NCBI GenBank assembly: GCA_964016885.1
Contig: OZ024743.1
Coordinates: forward strand, 103,912,001 to 103,976,000
Origin: Eledone cirrhosa
Taxonomy: Eukaryota
Direction of reading: 5' to 3'
Length of the DNA: 64,000 bases
Below, one piece after another: positions 1 to 12,729 of this stretch. The position numbers and the translations under genes were made by a program. Under the pieces are notes generated by a model. It had not been told where the DNA came from and did no database searches. It saw only the letters and a program-made list of their open reading frames with translations. How positions within the stretch are numbered: position 1 is the first letter of the stretch; each line of letters opens with the position of its first letter.

Positions 1-164
1 TACTTTTTGTTTTAGCTGTGGATTTCAAGGTTTTCAAACCTAGGCTAGGCTACCTTATTGGCGGCACCGAATAGCTTCTCTCTTTAACACTCGGCAATAT
101 ATTTTTCATGTTATCTTTTTATTTTCTCTCTTGTATAAGCTATTTGCACAATACACATCATATT

Positions 165-2194
165 ACAGTACTACAGATATTTGGTATGTATGCGGGGTTG
201 GAGTCGGAGTTTTCACCAGAAAACTCAGCATAGATGACTGTTTTGTTTGATTTTTTTTCTCATCATAAATTTCACGATAGCAACGTAGTCCATCTTCCAA
301 ATGTCTTTGAAATTTTGCCAAGCGTTCAATGTTAGGATCCATTGCCTCTAATCCTTACAATCACCTTACTCATATGCGTGAATACTTCCACCAAGCCCTT
401 AACAGTGAACTTTTTCTGTTCCTCATCTGGTTGTTCTGCTGCTTCTTCCAACTCTTCTCTATGTCGCTGCTTTTCCAATTCTATTAAATCTCGTCAGTCA
501 ACTCTCCTTCAACAAAGTTCACTAAATTTTCCACATCTTGCGCATCCACTTCCAACCGCAACTGTTGAGCAAGACCCACAATTTTATTACTTATCACTTC
601 AAAATCTGAATTTTTATCAAAATCTTCAAAATTATTAACAAACCTTTTCAAGCACTTTTTCCATACACCTTTCATACATTTTTCACTCACGTCCCGCCAA
701 GCTCCGTCGATGTTCTTGATGCAGTTGACAATATTGAAATCTTTCCAAACTTCACGCAGATCCATTACGTCATCCTCCGTTGCTGTTACTGCCTGTGCAA
801 AACTAGTTCGTAAATAATACGCCTTGAAAGTAGATATCACCCCCTGGTCCATTGGTTGAAGAATTGATGTCATATTTTGGGGCAGATCCACACCTTTAAC
901 ATTAGGATGCAGGTCATCAATATGTTGGGGGTGGCCTGGGTCATTATCGAGGAGAAGTAGAATCTTGAAGGGAATGTTGTTTTCAAGGCAGTATTCCCTG
1001 ACTGCAGGTATAAAGCAGTTGATGAACCAATCCTCGAACAAAGATTGCGTCATCCATGCCTTGCTGTTTGCCCGATAAAATACTGGCAGCGTATGTTTGT
1101 CCACGTTCTTTAATGCACGTGGGGTTTGGGAGCAATAAATGAAAAATAGTTTCAACTTATGCCCCGTAACATTTCTGCCTAAAAGCAACGTCACTCAATC
1201 CTTGAATGCCTTGAAGCCGGGCATACTTTTAGCCTCTTTGTGAAGATACGTTCTTTCAGGCATTTTTTTCCAAAAGAGGCTAGTTTCGTCGACACTGAAA
1301 ATTTGTTTCGGGCGATAGTCTCCTTCCTCGATAATCTTGTCTAAAACATCGAGGAATGTTTTTGCTGCTTCACCAGTAATATGACAGTTGTGCAAATTAA
1401 ATCGACGACGAAATCGTTGGAACCAACCGTGGCTTGCCGTAAACGTTTCAGTACACTTGTCTCCCTCACGTGACTTGAGTTTCTCGAAGATGCTGTGCGC
1501 CTTGCTTTGAATAATATGAAGACTCATTGGCATTCGTTTGGCTATTTGGTCATCAAACCACATGGCCAACAATTTCTCCATTTCATGTATCAGGCCTTTT
1601 CGCTGTCTTGTTATCAAAGCATTGTATCCCATTATGTTCTTGACCGTCTCCTTCACTTGTTCTTTGTCCTTGAGGATGGTAGATATAGTAGAACTTGCCA
1701 AGTTCATTCTAGCAGCAATTGCGTTCTCTTTACCTCCCTCTACATATTGTTTGATGGTCTTCAGCTTTGTTTCTATATCAATGGATTTCCTTGACTTCTT
1801 GGGATAAGGCCCTGGTGTAGTACTGGTTCTTTTTGCTGACATCTTGAGGGATATAACGGTATCGAAACGAAAAAATACTTGGTAACTTCTAATGTTCAGT
1901 GGATAGATGCGAATGACGTTGCGAAAGGTGATGAGCTGGAGGCTGCTCAGCACTGCCGGTTGCCTCAGCCCAACTTATTGTACACAACAGTGTTCACTTT
2001 AACTCACAACTGTGCTGTCACTGTTGTCTGCGGATCGTAACTGCGAGGTATTGTCGTTGAGCGAATATATTATTGACGAGTCAACGAATCGTAATTTCGA
2101 GAGATTTTTGTGAAACTAATATATGTAATTCGTGAAGTTGTTCGTAACTCCAAGAGATTGTTAAACGAATAGATCGTTAAATGAGGAGTACCTA
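165..2194 (-). mobile_element. Tigger/pogo-family DNA transposon with a disrupted transposase (HTH_psq, CENP-B HTH, DDE_1), in an eIF3f intron; the other end probably lies before base 1
   Basis: Likely ATG at 1842. Translation shows MSAKR...RKSIDIETKLK, LLAMWFDDQ, FTASHGWFQRFRRR, IFSVDETSLFWKKMP, NSKAWMT, ILLLLDND and TSILQPMDQGVI. In-frame TGA at 1195-1197 (FKD*VTLLL, probably CGA>TGA) and frameshifts near 490 and 355. TIR-like end (T/C)AGGTACTCCTCATTTAACG at about 2175-2194, followed by TA. Confidence 0.92.
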
Positions 2195-2240
2195 TATATA
2201 TATAACTATTCATTATTTTTCTTTTACTGTGATATTCTAG

Positions 2241-2332
2241 CACACCAATGGGCGTTGCCAGCAAGTCTACTGGAATCATGTTTACACCAGTGAATGTAGA
2301 AATAATTAAGTATGAGACAGAGCAAGTTGCAA
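2241..2332 (+). CDS. EIF3F: eIF3 subunit F, internal exon
   Basis: ttctag| ... |gtaagt. Encodes TPMGVASKSTGIMFTPVNVEIIKYETEQVA, matching the eIF3f segment after the MPN domain (STLMGVPGRTMGVMFTPL...). The phase-1 end joins the next exon in frame. Confidence 0.9.
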
Positions 2333-3723
2333 GTAAGTACCCCTATGAAATATTCCTCCCATGTCGGGCGTGGTAGAATAGCAACAGAATAAATAAAATA
2401 CCTGACTATCTTGCAATTTTATCCTTACTATTTTGCAATTTGAAATGCTGAAGGGGCAGTCAATATTTGTCTGGAGCTGAGAAAATCAGTGTCAGGTATT
2501 GATTAATTGATCACTTCAGTTGATGGTATCCTTTTCCCATTAATAGCCATGTGCCTATGTATGATATCACTAGTTTGATTTTTCTGCTACATAGATTGAA
2601 ATAAGCAGGGTATTTTTGTAAGAGGTAGGAATATAATTAGTAAAATCAGTCAACTAGGAATACCACACCCTATAGTATTCTGACCTTCTTTTCTATTGAT
2701 TGAACATGGCCACCTTCCTGAAAGTAGTATTCCTGTCTTACCTGCTAAAACCTTTCTCTCAGTATGAGACTTTGCTTCCATGCTGATTGTTTGACTGATT
2801 CAGCTGTGCAAATTAGGTCATTGGTATACTGGATTAACCATGAGTAGCTACTAATAAACATTTTTCTATGACTTCAAAAACTATAACAATGAGATGGGGT
2901 AGGGGTGGGTGATAACTGAGAAACCAACTCTGGTGGCACTTATCTACATGCTAAATTCCTTGAACTTATTGTTGACTCTCATCCTACTAAAGTTTGATGT
3001 GATACAGGATGTTAAAAGTTGATGCCGTCCCCTCTATGACAAGCATTTAGGGCATGTTGATCTGAGAGTAATTTTCTCTCACCAATCTCTGAAAAGGGTC
3101 TTGGACATTGACCCTTTTTCTGACTATAAAAAGAATGAAAGAAAAATTCAGTTACCTTAATATAAATGAGTTTGTCTAACTGGATTGTAATTGAATCAAC
3201 TATACCACAATAAAATGTGACCACAACACTGTAAAATGGTAGTGTTGGTGCCATGAAAAAATACATCCAATGCACTCTGTAAAGTGGTAGTGGTGGTGCC
3301 TGGAAAAAACACACCCCACTACACCTTGTGGTTGGTATTTGGAAGAGCATCAGCTATAAAGACCATGCCAAATATAGAATGTATGAGCCAGATAGAGGTC
3401 AGTCTGACTTATGGACTATGACAACCCAAACAAAATGATGATGTATGATGATATGCAAAATAAAGGCTTCATTCTTTGGTAAAAGGAATTATTTGCAGTT
3501 TAAGTATTGTTGATACATTCTTTTGCTTTTTTCAGTCATTGAACTGTAACCATAGTTGTTTATTGTTTTTTTTTTTCATTTTTGCTTGTTTCATTTTAAT
3601 GTGTTTATTTTATCATTATTTAATGTCCATCTTCCTTGCTAGCAAGAGTTGGGCATGTATTCAAAGACTGAGTCAATACTCAAGCAAAGCTTCTGTCCTC
3701 TCTGAAAGTAATTCAAGGTGGGG

Positions 3724-3910
3724 AATTGGCAGAATTGTTAGAACGTTGGCCAAGTGCTTTGTGGTATTTGTTACGGCTCTTTATGTTCTGAGGTCAACTT
3801 TGCTTTTCATCTTTTCCCATAAATAAAATACCATTTTGGTATTGGGCTCGATATAATCAACTTCCCACACCCTAATATTGCTTGCCTTGTGTCTAAATTA
3901 GAAACCATTA
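3724..3910 (+). mobile_element. Meta-domain SINE, degraded
   Basis: tRNA-like head (tggcagaattgttagaacg) plus gaggtcaactttgcttttcatc...ataaaatacc, the Meta core. Related copies at about 5190, 12520 and 47966. Confidence 0.6.
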
Positions 3911-3959
3911 TATATTGAAAGTAATTCTGTTATGTTCTTCATTCTATTTCTTATTACAG

Positions 3960-4096
3960 TCAACTTGATTCGAGAAAGCAAACTTTCTTCTAAAAGGTCA
4001 GTCTCTATGGTAACTGATTTACAACAAGTAGATATACTTTGTGGAAGACTTCAGAGCATGCTTGCAATCGTTCAACAATATGTTGAAGATGTCTTG
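3960..4096 (+). CDS. EIF3F: eIF3 subunit F, internal exon
   Basis: ttacag| ... |gtaagt. Encodes (I)NLIRESKLSSKRSVSMVTDLQQVDILCGRLQSMLAIVQQYVEDVL, matching eIF3f SDLQQV...VLQYAEDVL. Confidence 0.93.
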
Positions 4097-4516
4097 GTAA
4101 GTTAGTTAACTTTCTTTTACTAGTTCCATTTATTGCACTGTGGCCATGCTGGAGCAACCATTTCCAAGGCTTTAGTTTGATGCAACAACTTTGCCTTTCA
4201 TCTTTCTTGAATCAATAAAATAAAGTTCCTGCAAAGTCCTCTTTTTACCAAGCCTAGATAAGGATAGGCTCTGCCAGGTTTAAAATGCTTTGTCATTACA
4301 ACACCCCACAACTCCATCAGGTGTTATGGGTCCATAAATTAATTTGGCATTGTTTTTACAGCTAAATGCCATTCCTAACACCAACCACTTTATAGTATAC
4401 TGTATGCATTTTATTGTGACACCAATATAAGTGAGGACCTTTGAATCAAACAAGAATAAAAAGACCTCACTATATTGTCTCCATTCATTCAATACATAAT
4501 TTGTTCTTGTATTTAG

Positions 4517-4630
4517 GATAGTAAAATAGCTCCAGATAACAGCACAGGACGTTTTCTCATGGAACTTATTCACAGTGTCCCCATGATTGATCCTGATGAA
4601 TTTTCTGCAATGCTTAATGCCAACATAAAG
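4517..4630 (+). CDS. EIF3F: eIF3 subunit F, internal exon
   Basis: atttag| ... |gtcagt, 114 bp, phase 0-0. Encodes DSKIAPDNSTGRFLMELIHSVPMIDPDEFSAMLNANIK. Confidence 0.93.
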
Positions 4631-5091
4631 GTCAGTATACTGTCTTCATCCTCCCCCCCTTTTTTTTTTATTCATCATTTCCATTTTGAGATACTCCTCT
4701 CTACTTCCTTTCTTCCCTCTCTCCTAGTATATTTTTGTGCCAAGCTATGATGATGCCACCCTACTATGTAGCAGCAAGTGTTTTGTTTCTTAGTTGGATG
4801 CTTCTTCCAACTGTTATATTATGAATTGGCAAAGTTATTAAGGCATTATACAAAATGTTATGCCTCTTTCTATTCTGGATTCAAATCATGTTGTATCCTA
4901 CTTGAGTGGGTTATCAGGTTGTTTGAATCAGTCAACCTCAGGTGGAGGTCATATCAAAAGATTTAAATGTAAATTATAAACTGATATTTATGGGTGCTCA
5001 CATTTTTAAAAAGTTCTTTTTCAAGTAATTGTTTAAATATAACCAAGTACTCGATGGTTTAAATCTGGATTAGCCCTTTATGAATTTCATT

Positions 5092-5481
5092 TTAACCCTT
5101 TTGTTACTTAATTTTCAATAAAATATAGTGTATTTGTAATATAACAAAAAGGTTTTTATATAAAATTATGTTGAAAGATTTTAAATAGGAACCAGGATTG
5201 TAGATCATCAGTTAAAATGCCATTGCAGTATTTGTTCTGGCTTTTTACATTCTGAATTCAAATCCAGCCGAGGTCAACATTGCCTTTCAGCCTTCTGGGA
5301 TCAATAAAATAAAGTACCAGTCAAGTACTGGGGTTTATATAATCAACTTTCTTCCCCATAATTTGCTAGCTTTGTGCCTAAATTAGAAATTAATTTTAAA
5401 AGGAACCATTTAAATGGATGGCTTTATTCCATAGAACCAGAGGCAGTTTATGGTGGGTAGGTTCATATTAAATAGGGTTAG
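5092..5481. mobile_element. piggyBac-like MITE (TTAA-CCCTTT ends) with a Meta-SINE inserted at about 5195-5400
   Basis: Starts ttaacccttt and ends agggttag. Its body is shared with copies at 16847-17075, about 41010-41225 and about 57105-57311. The inner SINE is flanked by a duplicated aggaacca. Confidence 0.55.
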
Positions 5482-5542
5482 TTGATGCTTGTTTTACTGA
5501 GAATTGAATCTTTATTCTTTATACACTTTTTCTCTTTTTTAG

Positions 5543-5641
5543 GATCTTTTGATGGTCACTTACCTGTCTAATTTAACCCGTGCCCAACTGGCCCTGAATG
5601 AAAGGCTCACCATGTTTATAGCTATGGGTGCTAAAGAGTAG
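5543..5641 (+). CDS. EIF3F: eIF3 subunit F, last coding exon
   Basis: Polypyrimidine tract plus tag|. Encodes DLLMVTYLSNLTRAQLALNERLTMFIAMGAKE*, the hallmark eIF3f C-terminus DLLMVTYLANLT. Confidence 0.93.
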   Translation, partial: DLLMVTYLSNLTRAQLALNERLTMFIAMGAKE

Positions 5642-5704
5642 AAAAAATATGCATTTAACTTTTGAGAGAAAATGGACTGTTCAGAGTAATTTCAACCGTA
5701 TTGA

Positions 5705-5710
5705 AATAAA
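5705..5710 (+). promoter_or_regulatory. probable polyadenylation signal of eIF3f
   Basis: AATAAA about 65 nt after the stop codon, followed by a GT/T-rich tract at about 5730-5750. Confidence 0.55.
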
Positions 5711-6214
5711 ATTAAAATGTAATGATTTTCAGTGTCTTTTTTTTTTTTATAATTGAAGATATATGAATATATGTCTTAAATTAATTTGTTTACTTCCTTG
5801 TGGTAGAGTATAAAATTTGACTGAATCAGACTGCTTTTTCTAGCAGTCCTGTTACTTGCCATTGTCCACCTACTGCTCCTCTGTTGACAGTAAATCACGT
5901 GATAATTCTTCCATTCAAAATTATCACTGGCAGTGGATAATTCGAAACATTTTTCTTGATTGAGAAGTTCCCTGAAAAGCTGAGATTTCTCAGAATGCTC
6001 AAAACTGTGATTACTCAGTGAAACTGCAGTTGGGACGTCAAAGTAAGTAGGTAAATTATTTTTATCTTGTTTACTTTTCTCAAATATAATTTTATTATGC
6101 TCTAATTGATTTTTAATTCTTGCATTAAGCAAAACTGGTATTGGTTGGATTTCCTCACATGTATAAATATATCTTCAATTAATTTGTATATATAATTATA
6201 AAATTAATAACACA

Positions 6215-6387
6215 AGCCACACTGTAAATGTGGTTGTTAGGAAGGGCATCCAGCTGTAGAAAACCCGCCAGACAGTCCTATGCGAGCAAGACAATCACTC
6301 TTGCCTCAAGTGGGAAAACTCCCGTCCAAACCCATGCAAGTGTGGAACACGGATGTTAAACGATGATGATGATGATGATGATGATGA
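6215..6387 (+). mobile_element. RTE LINE 3' end fragment
   Basis: Near-identical to the RTE 3' UTR at 25817-25985 and ends in a (GAT)n tail. Confidence 0.75.
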
Positions 6388-7479
6388 AGCCACATGAAGG
6401 CCTAAAAAAGTACTCTCTCGGGTTTCCATGTATTCAAAATATATTGGGATTGATAAATATTACCAAAGTAACAATCGTTTTTTTTTCCTCCTTTCCATCC
6501 ACATACAATATTGTTACCTCAATATTTATATCCCTGTTTAGTGGTTTCCGAAATTTCCCATTTTATTTATAAAATATTTTGTTAAATATCTCGATGTCAA
6601 TGACCTAGGGAGAGAAAAAAAAACATCACTCTTAGTTTAAAAATTAAAGATACCTAGTCCTGTGATATGTACACATCCAGTTATACGACACCTGATGTCA
6701 GTTGATATTTCTGACTGCATCAGTATCCTGATGAACGTTTCATTAGTGCTGGTGCCATGAAAAAATGCACCCAGTACACTCTAAACTGATAATGCTGGGG
6801 TCTCACAAAAACACCTTGTATACTTTAAAATGATAATCCTGGTGCTACTAAAAGCAAAACATCTTGTCCACCCGATAAAGTGTTAGTGTTGGTGCCACAA
6901 AAAAAAATGTACCCTGTATGGTGGTTGGCAGTAGGGAATTTCATATAGGGAAAATGTTTTTTGTTGGAATCACCTCATGTCAATTCACCCTGAATCCATT
7001 TCATATAAAAGCTACAAAGGCGAAGATATGGATATATTTAGGGGTTACACATTTTGAATGCTATACCAAAATGAAAAAAAATTTACTTCAACACTTGTTG
7101 ATTGTAGCCAGATTCCTCTACATCACCACTACCATTGTCATACTGCCATCACCCCTAGTATTATAACAGCAGTACTACCATTATAACACAACCACTGCCA
7201 ATACCATTATACTTCATCACCACCACAAATGCTTTTGTGTTTTCTCTACCATCATGTCAAACTCTGGGAGACAATTTCAGTTGCCATAAAAACACTAGCC
7301 AGGAGATCCATGAAGTCTGAAGAAATGCAAATATCATACCAAAACGGAAAAAAAAGCATCTGCACTTCCAACGAGAAATTGTATAAGGAGTAGCAAGGAC
7401 TGAAAAAATAAAAATCAAGGATCACTGACAAAGCAATTGGAAAGGTGATATCAAGGAAGTTTTTAATATTACAAGCCAG

Positions 7480-7822
7480 GGAGGCACATGGCTTAGTGGT
7501 TAGAGCATTGGCCTTGCAATCGAAAGGTTGTGAGTTCAATTCTCAGACCCGGGTGATGTGTTGTTTCCTTGAGCAAGACACTTTATTTCACATTGCTCCA
7601 GTTTACTCAGCTGTAGAAATGAGATGATAGGGACTGGGGTCCCTATCATTCCACTGCAAAGTGGTTGTGGAGGTGCCACGGCAAAAAAGCACCCAGCACT
7701 CACTGTAAATGAGGTTGGTGTTAGGAAGGGCATCCAGCTGTAGAAATCAAGCCAGAATCGGTTCCCGTCCCACCCTTGCAAGCAGGGAAAAGTAGACGTA
7801 AAATGAAATGAATGAATGAAAT
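7480..7822 (+). mobile_element. tRNA-derived CORE-type SINE with an RTE-derived 3' tail
   Basis: A box (tggcttagtgg) and B box (gagttcaattc), CORE-like ccttgagcaagacacttt...cagctgtagaaatg, and a tail gtgttaggaagggcatccagctgtagaaa shared with the RTE 3' UTR. Confidence 0.85.
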
Positions 7823-7824
7823 GA

Positions 7825-9792
7825 GGGCATTCTCAAATGAAAAGATGTCCCATCTGAAGACAAAATTTTCCACGAAACAGCGAGATCAGATGTCTTTGCT
7901 CATAGCTAGTGTTGATGCAGAATATGTGAGAGTCATTCAGAAGAAGAAAATGAGAATTCACAATATAAAAGTAAGAAAGAGAAAGCAGAATGAAGTGAAG
8001 ATGTTTGAGAAAGTAGCTCTTGAAAGTTTGTCATCCAACTCAGCTATTAGTGATGATAATGAAATCTTCAAGTCAACACCATCCTGAAAATCACTGATTA
8101 AAACCAACTTGTTGCCATATGGGAGCTGGAGAAATTGCCCGTATGACAAGCAATTGTGAAGAATCTTGGTCATTGTGTGTCTCAACTGTCAATTTTCTCC
8201 TTCAACTGATTTTCAAGCAAGGACCAGTCACTGTTAGAAGATGGCTCAGGAAATTGAATTATTTGCTTTCCCACCTGAAGACATCCTGGTTATTCTTCCA
8301 TTGGGATTGAAAATTATTAGCATCAACTTCCCGATCCAGCACACTTGACAATTGGATTGCAGTTTTAGGAAGAACTCGTAGGTGTTCTGATTGCAGGAGA
8401 TGAACTGACATTTTGAAGAAAATTCAACAACTCAAAAGTAAGTTCAGAATAATTGGTATGCCCTTCGGCACCACTGCCCATAACACCAGCATGCCAATAC
8501 GAAAATTGAAGCAGTTCTGAAAAAAGCTATTTTATAGCTGGCTTGCTGCCATCACATTCTTGAACTGGTTTTGAAGAAAGTCTTTGAGATCTTTTACCCC
8601 TCATCTGGTCCAAGTCTCCCACTGTTCAAAAACTTCCAATAACGTTGGGAGTCCATTGATAAGTCTCAGTATCAAACTGTCCAGAGTGATGAGGAGTCCA
8701 CGGAAGTTTTTACAAGCAAAAGAGGGAAGAGATGGTTGAATATCTACTGACCACTGCTTTCTAGATCCCTGAGATGACTACACTAAATTCATAAAGATCT
8801 CCCTTCTCTCTCTTGGTGGTTGGCCATCTCCCCAGTTCTCCCTCTCGGTCCCAGGAGCTTATCACCAGGCTTGTTGGATTTCTAAAGCCATATATGTGAT
8901 CAAGATAGTTCTGTTCAAAGAACAACTTAATCTTACATCATGTGAATCCAGAGATCTACAAAAAGTCACTTATTGGTGTATGTAAAATTATGGAACAAAG
9001 AATGGGATCCATAGGAAATGATCTCAATTTGATGAAGCTGCTACCAATGTATCCTGACCAACAGATCGGAACCAGGGCAGAAGTGATCCTTCGGCGTCAC
9101 CTGTGGTACTTGTCAGAAGAGTTAGTAGCGTTGGATTTCTTTGATGAAAGATTTGGACTGGATGAGAAGAAAAAAAAATGTTTCAAAATCTAACAAAAGA
9201 AGGAAATGAGTGGTTTTCAGCAACAAAGAACTGAGTGGCTTTGTTATGAGGAAAACAAATAACTTTTTCCATCTGCTCAACATTGTCCTAAACAATTTGG
9301 ATTTTTGCACTAACAAAATATCAGTTGATGCCTGAAAGTTGTGAATGACACTGTTGGGCAAGGTATTTATCACATAAAGAGGTTTAATGATTCTATGAAG
9401 GATGAAAATCAGAAAGAGTAACTCTTAAAAATGGTTGCAGGTCAAAGGAAACAGGTGTCCCAGAGGACACAGGGTGTTGTTTTGGGTTATAAATTTCATT
9501 CATAAAAAGTGTTACTCTCTTTGATCCCAATATTATTGTGTATTTAGAATGTATTCCTCCTGCTTATTTTCATTTCATTTCGTTCTGTTGTGTGGTTTTC
9601 TCATTGCACTCAGTCAAGTGAACAGAAAGGACAATATATGACAGGTCAGATCCCCCAAAAATCGTCATAAATAAAAAGATGTGAAAGTGTGCAACCTCTA
9701 GATATTCAATTGACCTATAATTTGGCATACTTTGTTATTTTATCAACTTGAACATGAGATGATTAACGAATAGTTTGCAAAATGAAACACTA
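7825..9792 (+). mobile_element. decayed DNA transposon with a hAT-superfamily (hATm-like) transposase pseudogene
   Basis: Motifs appear in order across broken frames: FHWD*KLL (about 8295), FGTTAHNT (about 8465), LACCHHILELVL (about 8540), PGAYHQACWISKAIY (about 8850), HLWYLSEELVALDFFDER (about 9100), LKVVNDT (about 9335). Possible TIR end ...TGAAACACTA at 9792. Subfamily is assigned from recalled motifs only. Confidence 0.7.
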
Positions 9793-10015
9793 GTGTACAG
9801 CCATAGAAACAATGCCAACCTGTTTATCAACACATTACCTCCAGTTCATTTTTTAAACCAATGCTACTGTAGACATAGATCTGTGGTTAAAAAGTTATCT
9901 TTGCAACTATTGGTTTGGTATTTAATTCAACTCAAATATTGACCAGGCTATGAGTGAAATTGGTAGATGGAAACTGCAGAAGATAATGTTTGTTTGTGTC
10001 TATGTATATATATAT

Positions 10016-12075
10016 ATCATCACCGTTTAGCATCCATTTTTCCACACTAGCATGGATTAGACGGGTTGTTCCATTTATGGCAAATTGGGTCAGGTGATCG
10101 TATCTTGCTCACACAACTGTTTTTGGCTTGGTTTCTATAGCTTGGATGCCCTTCCTAATGCCAACCACATTTACAATGTGTGCTGGGTGCTTTTTGTCAT
10201 GACTCCTACATGACCACTTTACAGTGTGGGCTGGGTGCTTGTTGTTGCGACACCTACACAACCACATTTCACTGTGGGCTGGGTGCGTTTTTGCTGTGTC
10301 ACTATCATGAGCACTTTACAGTGTGGGCTGGGTGCTTTTTGCTGTGGTGTCTTCACGACCACTTTACAGTGTGGGCTGGATGTATGCTACAGCTTGTCCC
10401 CATGAGAGCTGTATGGGATGGTAGGGTGGTGGTGGTGCTTATTTTATATATGTATACTTCAGCTTCGGCCTGTGCCTATGGGAAGGCAGGTCTTCTGTAA
10501 TACTGCATAACACGAGAGATCCCGATCCTGTGTCATCGTCTTTGAGAGGTGCAATTGAGCAAGGTCAGCTTTTATCACCTCATCCCAAGTTGTCCTGAGT
10601 TTACCAACTCCAAGGTTTCCATTGACTTTGAGAGCTTTGCACCTTTTTATACAGCTGTCATCCTTCATACACATCACATGTCCATACCACCGAAGTCTCC
10701 TCTCCTACACACCACATGATTCCTCTTATGCCTAGTTTCTTTCTCAGTTTGTTTATGCTTTGCTTGTCGCATAAATTACTATTACACATCCAAAGGAGCA
10801 TAAAGGCTTCATTTCTTTCCAATCTACGCAAGTCTTCTGCACACAGCGGCCAGGTCTCACTACCATGCAACATTACTGTGTGTATGCATGCATCATGCAG
10901 TCTGCCTTTCATTTTGAGGAAAAAGCCTTTTGTAGCTAGCAATAGTAGTAGCTCTCTGAACTTCTTCCATCCCGTTCTCACTCTGGCTACTGTACTTTCA
11001 GAACACCCACCCTTGCTGCTAATTTGATCACCCAGGTAGCAGAGCTGTCTACCAAATCTTCCAAGAATTTGATTGCGTTTGTTTCCTTCTTACTGCTCCG
11101 GTGCAACGGCTACATTTAAAACCTACATTCTTACGTAATCTTCCTGAGATCTCATATCTCTTGTGTACCCATAGTTTACATTTGGAACAGAGGATGCAAT
11201 TTCTAACTAAACCTTTCCTACACACAAAGCAAGGCCATTTTCCCAAGAGGATCAGGGTTCTGTTTTCTAATCTACTTACTAGGTAGGACTTTTGTCTTTG
11301 TCAAGTTGACTTTAAGACACCCTTGTTTCTAGGCCATGCTTCTATATTTGAAATTTCTTTTCTAATTCCACCATAGACTTCGCTATGAGTGTCACAGGAG
11401 TTCCAGTCTTAAACTCCTGTTAGAGCTTGCAGTATGACAATAAACAGGAGGGCTGAGAACAGAGCCCTGGTGGACACCAACCTGCACGCTAAATTCCTCA
11501 CTATATTCATTGTTAATCCTAACTTTGCTGACTGCTCCCTGTGTACAGCCTTCACAAGCCACTCATCTACTCCTTGTTTTCTAAGAGTCCACTAGATTAT
11601 GGCACGGGATACTCTGTCAAAAGCTTTTTTCAGGTCAACAAATGCCAGGTAAAGCAACTTACTTTTAGCTAGGTACTTTTCCTGCAACTGCTTCCCCAGG
11701 AAGAGAGCATGTGGTGCTTTTGCCTGGTACAAATCTGAACTGCATTTCATCTAGATTCAACCAGCTGTGCTATAACTTTGTTACTTTCATAACCTGATGC
11801 CTCTATAGGTTCCTCTATCTAGTTCATCTCCTTTACCCTTGTAGCAATTGACAATGATACTGCTGCACCAATCATTCGTTATGACACCATCTAGTATTAC
11901 TTGGTTTACAATACGTGTGACCTACCGACCCAGATTCTTTCAGTCTCTTTGCAACTATACCCGATCGACCAGTTGCTTTCCTGGTCTTCATATCCTTAAC
12001 TGCCTTACTTACTACACTGCTGCTGACTTTTATGGCTGGGCCCTCTGTAGGGTCTCTTTCTGAGATTGACCATGT
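10016..12075 (-). mobile_element. 5'-truncated, degraded RTE-clade LINE (RT, PHD-like finger, C-terminus, 3' UTR)
   Basis: Broken frames encode GPAIKV...MKTRKATG, AFVDLKKAFDRV, VHQGSVLSP, WPCFVCRKG..CSKCKLWVHK and TGWKKFRELL..HGSETW. The 3' UTR has 38-bp tandem repeats (about 10165-10380) and a GAT-like tail at about 10016. Confidence 0.9.
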
Positions 12076-12519
12076 CAAAAATGAAAATATTTTATGATAA
12101 CCACTGATCAAGAATCATTACATATAGCAGCTAAGAATTTTAGGACATTGGTGAAAAGTAAACAACATCCCATTATCACAATTTATTCTCTACCATGCAA
12201 GAATAGGTGAGACCACTCTAGAAAAAGCGACATCATATAAAGTATATTATGAACACAAAAGTTAATGAACTCAGAGCACTCGCATTAAACTGGGAGAAGC
12301 ATTGTCAGGCTGTATGACACACATGCTCCCATATAAGAATATATATATATAATTAAGGATGGTTTTCCGAAGGGGATCACGAAGCAATCATAATTCAATA
12401 GGGTACTCAATACATTAGTATAAAAGTTACATATTTATTTTATATAGAAGTAACTGAATTTATGTGTGTATCATCATTTAACGTCCATTTTTCCACGTTA
12501 GCATGGGTTATAATTGTTT

Positions 12520-12700
12520 CTACTTTTGGCACAAGGCCATCAATTACCCCAGTGCATTACTGGTGCTTTATTTTATCAACCCCATAAGGATGAAAGGCAA
12601 AGCTAACCTCGGCAGGATTTGAACTCAGAATGTAAAGATCCATAACTATGCTGCAAGGCATGGTGTCTGACGTTCTATTGATACTGGCAATCTACTGCCA
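12520..12700 (-). mobile_element. Meta-domain SINE
   Basis: Reverse strand reads tggcagtagattgccag...gagttcaaatcctgccgaggttagctttgcctttcatcc...gataaaata. Confidence 0.7.
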
Positions 12701-12729
12701 TATATATATATATATATACATATATATAT

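Noticed and set aside
1195-1197. In-frame TGA in the transposase as programmed readthrough or selenocysteine
   Set aside because: The position corresponds to the Arg of KDR in Tigger proteins. CpG decay explains it, and frameshifts elsewhere show the gene is dead.
7480-7552. tRNA-like sequence (also at 12730, 18745, 32086, 32669)
   Set aside because: It is a SINE head: the acceptor stem is not intact and it is always fused to the CORE and RTE tail.
10165-10380. Regularly spaced repeats resembling a CRISPR array
   Set aside because: They are tandem 38-bp units of an RTE 3' UTR with no unique spacers and no cas genes, in a eukaryotic context.
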